This document shows, in pieces, positions 9,568 to 18,586 of a stretch of 64,000 nt of DNA. The stretch's first letter is position 1. Each line of letters starts with the position of its first letter. The stretch comes from a virus. The notes beneath the pieces are model-generated. The model did not search any database and had not been told where the DNA came from. It saw nothing but the letters and a program-made list of their open reading frames with translations. Made by a program: the position numbers and the translations under genes. Where the stretch lies: IMG/VR virus record IMGVR_UViG_3300009703_001822; one strand, written 5' to 3'.

Positions 9568-11484
9568 ATGGCATTTCAGCTATCACCAGGTGTTCTTGTT
9601 AAAGAAACAGACCTTACTAGCGTTATCCCTGCAGTCGCAACATCAGTTGGAGCGTTTGTAGGAGATTTAGCGTGGGGTCCGGCAGGCGAGATCACAACAA
9701 TTAGTTCAGAGAACCAGCTCGTTGAGCGGTTCGGAGAGCCAAATGACACTACTGCAATAAGTTTTTTTAGTGCAGCGAGTTTCTTGGCTTATGGAAATAA
9801 CCTTAAGGTAGTCAGAGCAATAGATGATACTACAGCAGTTAATGCTGTTGCATCAGGTTCAGCAACACTGATTAAAAATGCAGATGATTACAACGAAAAC
9901 CATTCAACCGGTTCAGGTTCAAATGGTATGTGGGCAGCTAAATATCCTGGCGCTTTAGGTAATTCACTTAAAGTTGCACTAGCGGATTCTAGTAATTTTG
10001 ATACTAACTCTGTAGCATCTGCTACTATTACAGCAGCAGGATCTGGTTATTCATCAGCTCCTACTTTGACATTTGCAGCGGCACCAGCAGGCGGAACTAC
10101 TGCTACAGGTACAGCTACAGTAAGTGGCGGAGCAGTTACAGCAATCACTATTACTAATCCAGGTGAAGGATACACTTCAGCCCCAGCAATAACTTTCAGT
10201 GGCGGAGGCGGTTCTGGCGGAGCAGCTACAGCAGTCTTGTCTACTGAATGGACATATAATAACGAATTCGACAGAGCCCCTGGCACTTCTATTGGAGCAG
10301 CTAGAGTAAGTGGTTCAAATGATGAAGTTCATATTGTCGTAATTGATGAAGACGGATTGTTCTCAGGAACAATTGGTACAGTATTAGAAAGATTTGCAAA
10401 TTGTTCTAAAGCATCTGATGTTAAAGGACTAGAAGGCGGATCTATTTTCTATAAAGATGTAGTAAATACCCAGTCTAAATATGTATATTGGACAGACCAC
10501 CCAGCAAGTGATGCTACTTGGGGTGTTTCTGCTGCCAATCAAGCATTTACATCAGGGTTTACAACAGCAGAAGCAACTGTTTCATTAACAGGCGGTGTTT
10601 CTGATAGTCCTGACTCAGGAGATTTACAAACAGCATGGAGTTTGTTTGCAGACTCAGAGCAGATAGATGTAAACTTGTTAATAACAGGTGGCATCGGACT
10701 TACTGATCAAAAATATGTTCAAGACAACATTGCTAAAGTAAGAAAAGATTGCGTATCTTTCCACTCACCGCTATTTGCCTCATGCGTTAATAACGCAGGT
10801 TCAGAAGTAACAAGTATTACTACTGATAAAGGCTCACTAGCATCAACCAGTTACAGTTTCATGGATAGTAACTGGAAATATATGTACGATCGTTATAACG
10901 ATGTGTACAGATGGGTTCCACTAAATGGAGACACAGCAGGTCTTTGTGTTGCAACAGACAACGCAAGGGATGCTTGGTTCTCACCAGCAGGATTTAACAG
11001 AGGTCAAATAAGAAACGCTGTTAAATTAGCTTGGAGTCCTAGTAAGGCTAACAGAGATGACTTATACAAAATTGGAGTCAACCCTGTAATAAACAGCCCA
11101 GGAAACGGTATTGTACTGTTCGGAGATAAAACTCTATTAGCAGCACCTAGTGCGTTTGATAGAATTAATGTTCGAAGATTGTTTATTGTTCTTGAAAAAG
11201 CAATATCTACAGCAGCTAAATTCCAGCTGTTTGAGTTCAACGATGCATTTACAAGAAATCAGTTTACATCGATAGTTAATCCTTTCTTAAGGAATGTTCA
11301 AGGTCGTAGAGGAATACACGACTTTAAAGTAGTATGTAATGAAAGCAACAACACAGATCAAGTTATTTCAACTAACTCTTTTGTTGCAGACATTTTCATT
11401 AAACCTAACAGGTCAATAAACTTTATTACATTAAACTTTATTGCTACTAGAACAGGCGTTAGCTTCGAAGAAATTGGTGGTTAA
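9568..11484 (+). CDS. gp18: Tail sheath protein gp18
   Basis: SPGVLVKETD, WFSPAGFNRG, FDRINVRRLF. Confidence 0.97.
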   Translation: MAFQLSPGVLVKETDLTSVIPAVATSVGAFVGDLAWGPAGEITTISSENQLVERFGEPNDTTAISFFSAASFLAYGNNLKVVRAIDDTTAVNAVASGSATLIKNADDYNENHSTGSGSNGMWAAKYPGALGNSLKVALADSSNFDTNSVASATITAAGSGYSSAPTLTFAAAPAGGTTATGTATVSGGAVTAITITNPGEGYTSAPAITFSGGGGSGGAATAVLSTEWTYNNEFDRAPGTSIGAARVSGSNDEVHIVVIDEDGLFSGTIGTVLERFANCSKASDVKGLEGGSIFYKDVVNTQSKYVYWTDHPASDATWGVSAANQAFTSGFTTAEATVSLTGGVSDSPDSGDLQTAWSLFADSEQIDVNLLITGGIGLTDQKYVQDNIAKVRKDCVSFHSPLFASCVNNAGSEVTSITTDKGSLASTSYSFMDSNWKYMYDRYNDVYRWVPLNGDTAGLCVATDNARDAWFSPAGFNRGQIRNAVKLAWSPSKANRDDLYKIGVNPVINSPGNGIVLFGDKTLLAAPSAFDRINVRRLFIVLEKAISTAAKFQLFEFNDAFTRNQFTSIVNPFLRNVQGRRGIHDFKVVCNESNNTDQVISTNSFVADIFIKPNRSINFITLNFIATRTGVSFEEIGG

Positions 11485-11488
11485 CACT

Positions 11489-11496
11489 TATAAATA
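11489..11496 (+). promoter_or_regulatory. T4 late promoter
   Basis: TATAAATA upstream of gp19. Confidence 0.75.
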
Positions 11497-11519
11497 ACTT
11501 AAAGAATTAGGAGAAAAAG

Positions 11520-12035
11520 ATGGATGTAAATAAATTTAAGGCAGCACTAGCCCAAGGTGGCGCTCGTCCTAATCAGTTTAAAGTTACACTTGCATTTCCA
11601 AGTGTACCCGATGTTCCTAAAGTAGAGGAACAATTATTGATTAGTGGAGCAGCTTTGCCGGCTTCTACCGTTAACCCAGTTATTACACAATACAGGGGTA
11701 GGGAAGTGAAGTTTGCTGGCGAAAGAATTTTTGATCCTTGGACTATAACCGTAATTAACGATGCTAGTCAATCGTTAAGGCGTCCTTTCGAGAACTGGAT
11801 GGAGTTGATTAACAATAAAGAAGATAATTCTGGTAACCTAAATTGGACAGAGTATCAGAAACAAATTATTGTTGAACACCTAGACAGAAACGACAAAGTA
11901 TTACCAGGTGGTAAATACATATTAGAAGACGCGTTTCCTATTAATATGTCAGAAGTTGCATTACAATATGCACAGAACGACATAATTGAAGAATACACGG
12001 TTACATTCCAATATCAACATTATGAAGTATTTTAA
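11520..12035 (+). CDS. gp19: Tail tube protein gp19
   Basis: GGARPNQF, YRGREVKFAGERIFDPWTITVIND. Confidence 0.95.
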   Translation: MDVNKFKAALAQGGARPNQFKVTLAFPSVPDVPKVEEQLLISGAALPASTVNPVITQYRGREVKFAGERIFDPWTITVINDASQSLRRPFENWMELINNKEDNSGNLNWTEYQKQIIVEHLDRNDKVLPGGKYILEDAFPINMSEVALQYAQNDIIEEYTVTFQYQHYEVF

Positions 12036-12061
12036 GCAATAGTGCTTAACAGGTAAAAATT

Positions 12062-13654
12062 ATGGATTTATTTGGGTTTGAAATAAAGCGGAAAGAGCCA
12101 CAGAAGAACGATAAATCGTTCGTGGCTCCGTCCACAGACGATGCAATAGAAAGCATACGAGCCGGTGGGTATTACGGCACTTATCTAGACTTAGAAGGTG
12201 TCGCCCATACGGAAGCAGAGCTTGTAAAAAGGTATCGCGACATTGCCAATATGGCTGATGTAGATACCGCAGTAGAAGATATTATTAATGAATCTATTGC
12301 ACAGTTAGAAAACGAATCGCCTGTGGAAATAAATCTCGACAATGTAGAATTGTCGTCTGCTATTCGTAAATCAATATCCAAAGAATTTGAAGAACTTAAA
12401 AATATGATGGACTTTAAAAGTAGAGCCCAGGATTATTTTAGAAGATGGTATATAGATGGCAAATTGTTTTTTCATAAAGTCATCGATATAGACAATCCTA
12501 AACAAGGGATTACAGATATTAGATATATCGATCCTAGGAAAATTAGGAAAGTGCGTGAAGTCAAGAAGGAAAAGAATCCTACTGGCGTAATGTTTGTTAA
12601 AGATGTAGAAGAGTTTTACATCTATAATGATAAAGGAGTAACTACAAAGCCAGGTGCTTATGTAGCTCCAGAGAACCAACAAGGTTTGAAGATAACAAAA
12701 GACGCCATAGCATACGCACCAAGTGGTTTGGTAGATCACGATAAGAATATTTCACTATCGTATCTACATAAGGCAATTAGGCCTGCAAACCAGCTTCGTA
12801 TGATGGAGAATGCTGTTGTTATATATAGAATAACAAGAGCACCTGAAAGAAGGATATTTTATGTAGATGTTGGTAACTTGCCGAAGATGAAGGCAGAACA
12901 ATATCTAAAAGACATCATGGATAGATATCGTAATAAATTAGTTTACGATGCTAACACAGGTGAAATTAGAGATGATAAGAAGTTCATGTCTATGTTGGAA
13001 GACTTCTGGTTACCTAGAAGGGAAGGCGGAACAGGAACAAGTATTGATACATTGCCAGCAGGTCAAAACCTAGGGCAGATTGAAGATGTAGAATATTTTC
13101 AGCGTAAATTGTATCAGTCATTAAACATTCCTGTATCGAGATTAGAACAACAGGCTGGATTAAACTTTGGTAGAGCAGCTGAGATAAATCGAGACGAGAT
13201 GAAGTTTACAAAATTCATCATCAAGTTAAGAAGAAAGTTCTCGGTATTGTTAAGCGATCTTTTAAGAACGCAGCTCTTACTAAAAGGTGTTATAACAGAA
13301 GACGATTGGGATTCTATTAAAGATGATATAGAATACGAATTTGCTACTGATGCCTACTACACAGAATCTAAAGAACAAGAGATTTTACGAAGTAGGGTAG
13401 AAGTATTAAATGGTCTTGCTGCTTACATAGGAACATTTTTTAGTAAGCGTTACATTCAAAAGAATGTTTTAATGCTAACTGATGAGGAAATTGATACTAT
13501 TGAAACTGAATTACTAAGTGAACCACAGTATCAAAGACAATATCAATGGAGTCCATTAAGTGCCGTTCAACAAGACGGACCTCAAGGACCCGAAGGACCG
13601 GCCGGCGAAGGAGTACCTGATCCAGGACAACCTGAACCCGGACCAGACCAATAA
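12062..13654 (+). CDS. gp20: Portal protein gp20
   Basis: YRITRAPERRIFYVDVGNLPK, MLEDFWLPRREG. Confidence 0.97.
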   Translation: MDLFGFEIKRKEPQKNDKSFVAPSTDDAIESIRAGGYYGTYLDLEGVAHTEAELVKRYRDIANMADVDTAVEDIINESIAQLENESPVEINLDNVELSSAIRKSISKEFEELKNMMDFKSRAQDYFRRWYIDGKLFFHKVIDIDNPKQGITDIRYIDPRKIRKVREVKKEKNPTGVMFVKDVEEFYIYNDKGVTTKPGAYVAPENQQGLKITKDAIAYAPSGLVDHDKNISLSYLHKAIRPANQLRMMENAVVIYRITRAPERRIFYVDVGNLPKMKAEQYLKDIMDRYRNKLVYDANTGEIRDDKKFMSMLEDFWLPRREGGTGTSIDTLPAGQNLGQIEDVEYFQRKLYQSLNIPVSRLEQQAGLNFGRAAEINRDEMKFTKFIIKLRRKFSVLLSDLLRTQLLLKGVITEDDWDSIKDDIEYEFATDAYYTESKEQEILRSRVEVLNGLAAYIGTFFSKRYIQKNVLMLTDEEIDTIETELLSEPQYQRQYQWSPLSAVQQDGPQGPEGPAGEGVPDPGQPEPGPDQ

Positions 13655-13678
13655 ATATAATGATGGAGATATAAAAAT

Positions 13679-13969
13679 ATGTCAGAACAAGATAGAACAA
13701 AGGAAGTTACAGATTTAGTGAGCGATATACTAGCAGGTAATACTGCAGATGCTCAAGAAAAATTTAACGACCAAATGGCATCTAGAGCTAATGAAGTTTT
13801 AGATGACAATAGAGCAGGTATAGCAACTGATGTCTTTAATAAGCATAGTGTAGATCCTGACATGGAACCACAAGGTGTTAGTTTAGAAGACTCACTTGTG
13901 GATATAGATCAAACAACAGGCAGGCCCGTTGAGGAACCTGGAGAAGGAGAAACAAATGAAGACATTTAA
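13679..13969 (+). CDS. Prohead core protein (gp67-like)
   Basis: Small acidic protein directly after gp20. Confidence 0.55.
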   Translation: MSEQDRTKEVTDLVSDILAGNTADAQEKFNDQMASRANEVLDDNRAGIATDVFNKHSVDPDMEPQGVSLEDSLVDIDQTTGRPVEEPGEGETNEDI

Positions 13970-14255
13970 AGATTTTAGAAACGGGACTATTACCGAAAGT
14001 CCTGTAGATGGTGTCTCTAAAGGCTCACTAGAAGGCGATAAGCACATGTGCGCTAGCAAAATTTTCAAAGAAGGTTTTGGTGAGGGAACACCTATTATTG
14101 GAGAACATGCAGAACCAGTTGATGGCGAAGTGTCTTGGTATAAAGTAATGTTTGAACACGGTATCGAAACAGTTGAAGTGGATGATCCTAATGTTGAAAT
14201 TATAGAGGAAGGTTCTCACGGGAATCATGCCAAAAAACCAGCAAAAAAATATTAA
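13956..14255 (+). CDS. Head-module hypothetical protein
   Basis: ATG at 13956 with GGAG RBS; MKTFKDFR..ITE N-terminus typical of T4-like internal head proteins. Confidence 0.55.
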   Translation: MKTFKDFRNGTITESPVDGVSKGSLEGDKHMCASKIFKEGFGEGTPIIGEHAEPVDGEVSWYKVMFEHGIETVEVDDPNVEIIEEGSHGNHAKKPAKKY

Positions 14256-14271
14256 ATAAAAGGAATAACAC

Positions 14272-14697
14272 ATGGCAGTCACAGTAAACGCACTTAAATT
14301 AACCCAAGTCCAGGGTGTAATTTCTGTAAGGGGGACTGCTGCTACCGGAACAATTGCTCTAGCAACAACGCTAAAGAAATCAACTGAGACGCAAAGCTCC
14401 CCAGCAGTCAATATAAAAGGACTACATTGGACCTTGTCTAGCGGTGCTAGCGCCAAGGTGCAAAGAAACTCCGTCGTATTATTTGAGCTTATGGAAAGTG
14501 GCTCATTAGATATGTACGGGTACGCAGACAATTCAGAAAACACATCAAATATTGAAGTGGTTATAGCAGGCGGAGCAGGAGGCACAGTTATAGTAGATTG
14601 TGCTAAAATATCAGGCTATGGCTCACAACAACATCAAGATGCACCATTAGACACTAACGACTCAGGTAATGTCTATGATGGTGGTTCATTAGGTTAA
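14272..14697 (+). CDS. Head-module structural hypothetical protein
   Basis: Beta-rich; C-terminal YDGG; lies between gp20 and gp21. Confidence 0.5.
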   Translation: MAVTVNALKLTQVQGVISVRGTAATGTIALATTLKKSTETQSSPAVNIKGLHWTLSSGASAKVQRNSVVLFELMESGSLDMYGYADNSENTSNIEVVIAGGAGGTVIVDCAKISGYGSQQHQDAPLDTNDSGNVYDGGSLG

Positions 14698-14707
14698 GGA
14701 GAAATAG

Positions 14708-15367
14708 ATGAGATTAATTAAAGAATTTAACGAAACAATTAATTATTTGGTTGAAGATAGTAAAGATCCTAAGAAACCTAATGTATTCATAGAAGGTGTT
14801 TTCTTACAATCAGATTTAAAAAACAAAAACGGCAGAGTCTATCCTAGAGAGATCATGCAGAGAGAAGTCAACAGATATGTTGAAGAAAATGTAAAAACTA
14901 AAAGAGCTTACGGTGAATTAGGACACCCTGAAGGCCCTACAGTTAATTTAGATAGAGTTTCTCACATGATTACTTCACTTAAAGAGGATGGAAACAATTA
15001 TGTTGGTAGAGCCAAAATTATGGACACACCAATGGGTCGTATTGTAAAAGAACTTATTAGCGAAGGCGCTCAACTAGGTGTATCATCTAGAGGTTTGGGT
15101 AGTCTAAAAGAAAGAAATGGCATTAATGAAGTACAAGATGACTTCATGTTAGCTACAGCAGCTGACATAGTGGCAGATCCTTCAGCACCAGACGCTTTTG
15201 TTTCCGGCATAATGGAAGGGAAAGAATGGGTTTTTGTTAATGGTAAATGGACAGAACAGGATATAGAGGAGACGCATAATATAATCTCTAATACATCATC
15301 GAAAGAACTAGAAGAAGCTAAGATGGCTGTTTTTAGTAATTTCTTGAACAAACTGTCTAAATTTTAG
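14708..15367 (+). CDS. gp21: Prohead protease gp21
   Basis: NGRVYP, GELGHP, LGVSSRG.GS, DIVADPSAPDA. Confidence 0.97.
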   Translation: MRLIKEFNETINYLVEDSKDPKKPNVFIEGVFLQSDLKNKNGRVYPREIMQREVNRYVEENVKTKRAYGELGHPEGPTVNLDRVSHMITSLKEDGNNYVGRAKIMDTPMGRIVKELISEGAQLGVSSRGLGSLKERNGINEVQDDFMLATAADIVADPSAPDAFVSGIMEGKEWVFVNGKWTEQDIEETHNIISNTSSKELEEAKMAVFSNFLNKLSKF

Positions 15368-15377
15368 TAGAAATCTG

Positions 15378-15391
15378 TATAAATATAAATA
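15378..15391 (+). promoter_or_regulatory. Tandem overlapping T4 late promoters
   Basis: TATAAATATAAATA upstream of gp22. Confidence 0.7.
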
Positions 15392-15439
15392 GTTTATTAG
15401 ATTATATTACAATTTAAATAATCCTAAAAGGAGAGTAAC

Positions 15440-16798
15440 ATGGGAGTAGAATCCAAAATCAGAGAACTGCTAGAAGGTAAGTTGCAAGACGACACCGTAG
15501 CAGTTATAGACGAGCAGATTGCTGGAGATCAACAACCGCCTATGCAAGGTGGTAGTTCCAAAGCTAATTTGCCAACGTCTTCGGCGGATGCACATCGTCC
15601 TTTGGACAAGAAAAGCAACGGCGACGCTACACCTCCTACTCAAGGAAGCTCAAATCCAAATCCTGAACAGCAAGACCTAAGTGGTACAAGTAACCCAGAA
15701 GGTGGATTGACAAGCGAAGTTGGTAAAGCAGCTTCAGCTAAAGCTTCTAAAGCTCCTGGCCTAGAAGGCTCAGGCGCTGGCCAAGCTCCTAACTACACGA
15801 ACGGGCAAGATGCTCAATCAGTAGTTAATCAAAAATCTTCAGAAGGCGTTCGAGGACCTATTGGTGAAGACGAAGAAGTCGAAACCGAAGAGGACCAAGA
15901 AGTACTTGATTCAGAAGTCGAAGAGATGGAAGATCAAGAAGTAGTAGCTGAAGAAGAGCTTGAGGAAGGGGAAGTAGAGTATGTTAACGAAGGTGAAGAA
16001 GGTGATGAAGAGGAAGAATTAGTCGAGGAAGAAGAACTTGACGAAGACGAACTCGAAGCTCAAACACTATTCGAAGACGACATTGCTAACTTATTTAAAG
16101 ACGAAGAGCACCTTTCAGAAGAATTTAAAACACAAGCCGCTTCACTTTTTGAAGCAACGGTTGTGGCTCGAGTCAATCAACAAGTAGAGATCATTGAGAA
16201 CGAACTTGTTGAGGAAGCTTCTAAAGCTTTCGACGAAGCAAAAGAAAAACTTGTAGAAAATGTAGACAAATACCTCAGTTATGTAACTGAGCAATGGCTC
16301 AAAGAAAACGAGTTGGCTGTTGAATCAGGCTTACGCAACGAAATTACTGAATCATTCATTAACGGAATGAAACAGGTCTTTACAGAGCATTACATTGAAA
16401 TGCCTGAAGAGAAATACGATGTGTTAGCAGAACAACAGAACCAAATAGATGAGTTAAGATCTAAGTTAGACGAAGAGATTAACAAATCTGTTTCTATCAG
16501 CGAGGACAGAGAACAACTACAGAAGGAAAAAGTTTTTCGTTCCGTGGTTAACGATCTAGCTGAAACTGAAGTTGAAAAGTTTGCATCACTCATTGAAGAT
16601 GTTTCATACGACAATGAGGAAATGTACACTTCTAAACTTAATGTTATCAAGGAAAATTATTTTCCTAAAGCAAAATCTGATGACACAGACAAGCTAGGTG
16701 ATAGCGTTGATCAGGGAACTTTAACAGACAACACCGTGATGAGTAAATATGTACAAGGTATTTCTCAAGCAGCGAAGTTTGATAAGGTTAAAAATTAA
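15440..16798 (+). CDS. gp22: Prohead core scaffold gp22
   Basis: LSEEFK..A..LFEA, VDKYLSYV..W..EN; long acidic N-terminal extension. Confidence 0.92.
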   Translation: MGVESKIRELLEGKLQDDTVAVIDEQIAGDQQPPMQGGSSKANLPTSSADAHRPLDKKSNGDATPPTQGSSNPNPEQQDLSGTSNPEGGLTSEVGKAASAKASKAPGLEGSGAGQAPNYTNGQDAQSVVNQKSSEGVRGPIGEDEEVETEEDQEVLDSEVEEMEDQEVVAEEELEEGEVEYVNEGEEGDEEEELVEEEELDEDELEAQTLFEDDIANLFKDEEHLSEEFKTQAASLFEATVVARVNQQVEIIENELVEEASKAFDEAKEKLVENVDKYLSYVTEQWLKENELAVESGLRNEITESFINGMKQVFTEHYIEMPEEKYDVLAEQQNQIDELRSKLDEEINKSVSISEDREQLQKEKVFRSVVNDLAETEVEKFASLIEDVSYDNEEMYTSKLNVIKENYFPKAKSDDTDKLGDSVDQGTLTDNTVMSKYVQGISQAAKFDKVKN

Positions 16799-16804
16799 CA
16801 TTTT

Positions 16805-16812
16805 TATAAATA
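16805..16812 (+). promoter_or_regulatory. T4 late promoter
   Basis: TATAAATA upstream of gp23. Confidence 0.75.
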
Positions 16813-16858
16813 ATTAGGTTATAAAATATAACAAACAAAGTAAAACAAGGAGAAACTG

Positions 16859-18124
16859 ATGTATCTTTCAGAAGAACTACAAAAGAAGTGGCAACCAGTT
16901 CTTGAGCACGGTGACTTACCTGAGATTCAGGACCCGTACAAAAAAGCTGTTACCACAGTAGTACTCGAAAACCAAGAGAAGGCTCTTCGTGAAGAAAAAG
17001 AAGCTCTTTTCGAGGCTACACATGCTAACCAAACAGGTGCAGGCGTTGATAACTATGATCCTATTTTAATATCATTAGTTAGACGTGCTTTACCTAACCT
17101 TATGGCTTACGATGTTTGCGGAGTACAACCAATGTCTGGACCAACAGGTCTAATCTTCGCTATGAAGTCACACTATACTAGTCAAACTGGTACAGAGGCT
17201 TTATTTAACGAAGCAGACACTGATTTCTCAGGTGCAGGAACACATGCTGGAGCTAATCCAGTAGATGGAACTTACACTACAGGAACAGGTGTATCTACAA
17301 GCACTGCAGAAGGCTTTGGAGACAGCACTACACTAAATGAAATGGCATTCTCGATTGAGAAGACAACTGTTACTGCTAAATCAAGAGCATTGAAAGCAGA
17401 ATATACAGTTGAACTAGCTCAAGACTTGAAAGCTGTTCATGGTTTAGATGCAGAATCCGAGCTAAGTAATATCCTTTCACAGGAAATACTTGCAGAGATC
17501 AACCGTGAGGTAATTAGAACTATTTACAAAGTGGCAAAAACAGGCTCAGCCTCAACTGCTACAGCTGGAACATTTGATTTAGATGTTGACAGTAATGGTA
17601 GATGGTCAGTAGAAAGATTTAAAGGTCTTTTATTCAATATCGAGCGTGACGCTAATGTTATAGCACAAGACACCAGGCGTGGAAAAGGTAACTTCATCAT
17701 CTGTTCATCAGATGTTGCAAGTGCTCTTTCAATGTCAGGCGTACTTGACTATGCACCAGCATTATCAACTAACTTAAATGTTGATGACACAGGTAATACA
17801 TTCGCTGGTGTATTAAACGGTCGTTATAGAGTTTACATAGACCCTTATTCAGCTAACACAGGAGCTGCTAGTCAGTTCTATGTAGTTGGTTATAAAGGAA
17901 CTAGCGCATATGACGCAGGTCTTTTCTACTGTCCGTATGTACCGCTCCAAATGGTTAGGGCTATTGACCCTAGCACATTCCAACCTAAGATTGGTTTCAA
18001 AACTAGGTATGGCATGATCGCTAATCCATTTGTAATGCAGTCAGACGGAACTACAGATGCAGACACATTTACTGCAGACCGTAACCAGTACTACAGATCA
18101 GTCAAAGTTACAAACTTAATGTAA
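16859..18124 (+). CDS. gp23: Major capsid protein gp23
   Basis: GVQPMSGPTGLIFAM, SRALKAEYT.ELAQDLKAVHGLDAE, FQPKIGFKTRYG. Confidence 0.98.
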   Translation: MYLSEELQKKWQPVLEHGDLPEIQDPYKKAVTTVVLENQEKALREEKEALFEATHANQTGAGVDNYDPILISLVRRALPNLMAYDVCGVQPMSGPTGLIFAMKSHYTSQTGTEALFNEADTDFSGAGTHAGANPVDGTYTTGTGVSTSTAEGFGDSTTLNEMAFSIEKTTVTAKSRALKAEYTVELAQDLKAVHGLDAESELSNILSQEILAEINREVIRTIYKVAKTGSASTATAGTFDLDVDSNGRWSVERFKGLLFNIERDANVIAQDTRRGKGNFIICSSDVASALSMSGVLDYAPALSTNLNVDDTGNTFAGVLNGRYRVYIDPYSANTGAASQFYVVGYKGTSAYDAGLFYCPYVPLQMVRAIDPSTFQPKIGFKTRYGMIANPFVMQSDGTTDADTFTADRNQYYRSVKVTNLM

Positions 18125-18153
18125 TTTAGATCTAATTCTAGAAATAGAATTCT

Positions 18154-18184
18154 AAAAGGGCTTCAGATTTGGAGCCCTTTTTTT
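18154..18184 (+). terminator. Intrinsic terminator after gp23
   Basis: AAAAGGGCTTC-agattt-GGAGCCCTTTTTTT. Confidence 0.85.
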
Positions 18185-18204
18185 ATCTTGAAAACCTATT
18201 TTTG

Positions 18205-18212
18205 TATAAATA
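18205..18212 (+). promoter_or_regulatory. T4 late promoter driving the riboswitch/peptide cassette
   Basis: TATAAATA about 6 nt upstream of the RNA motif start. Confidence 0.75.
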
Positions 18213-18217
18213 ATTAT

Positions 18218-18333
18218 ATCGTTCATGTGTAAGTTCATTAACATACACACGGAAGTAGACCTGAAAACCTCTCACATTCGTGGGGTTAGCTAGTAGGCAG
18301 TCAGCCGAACGAGACCGAAAGTCGAAGGAACGC
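18218..18333 (+). ncRNA. Glutamine riboswitch-like RNA (glnA motif class) with expanded P3
   Basis: P1 CGTTC(18220)/GAACG(18328); P2 TGTGTA(18226)/TACACA(18244); CGGAAGTA junction/E-loop strand (18250-57); P3 GAC/GTC followed by GAAG. Confidence 0.8.
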
Positions 18334-18368
18334 ATTCTTTTAACCGTAAAAAAGTATAAGGAGGCGAT

Positions 18369-18527
18369 ATGACTTATAGAGGCATAACATACACCAAAGA
18401 AACTTTGATTACAGAAGCGAGGAAAGCTCGTGCTGGCATTTACAGAGGTGTAAAACATGGTCCTATGAAGACTGAGTCCAAGGGTATGCAACATGGCATA
18501 TACCGTGGCATCAAATGGTCTAATTAA
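18369..18527 (+). CDS. 52-aa triple-YRG peptide (DUF4278-like)
   Basis: Not in the ORF track. AAGGAGG RBS; MTYRGITYTKETLITEARKARAGIYRGVKHGPMKTESKGMQHGIYRGIKWSN*. Confidence 0.8.
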   Translation: MTYRGITYTKETLITEARKARAGIYRGVKHGPMKTESKGMQHGIYRGIKWSN

Positions 18528-18538
18528 TTAGGAACAGG

Positions 18539-18569
18539 AAAAGGGGCGATCTCGAGTCGCCCCTTTTTT
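18539..18569 (+). terminator. Intrinsic terminator after the YRG peptide
   Basis: AAAAGGGGCGA-tctcgag-TCGCCCCTTTTTT. Confidence 0.85.
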
Positions 18570-18586
18570 ATCACATAAATACAGAT

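Noticed and set aside
18303-18332. AGCCGAACG..GAAAGTCG resembling group II intron domain V or a hammerhead core
   Set aside because: It lacks the complementary 3' strand of D5 and the CUGANGA core; it fits riboswitch P3/P1 instead.
18183-18494. 103-aa minus-strand ORF after gp23
   Set aside because: The region is better explained by the + strand promoter, riboswitch, peptide and terminator cassette.
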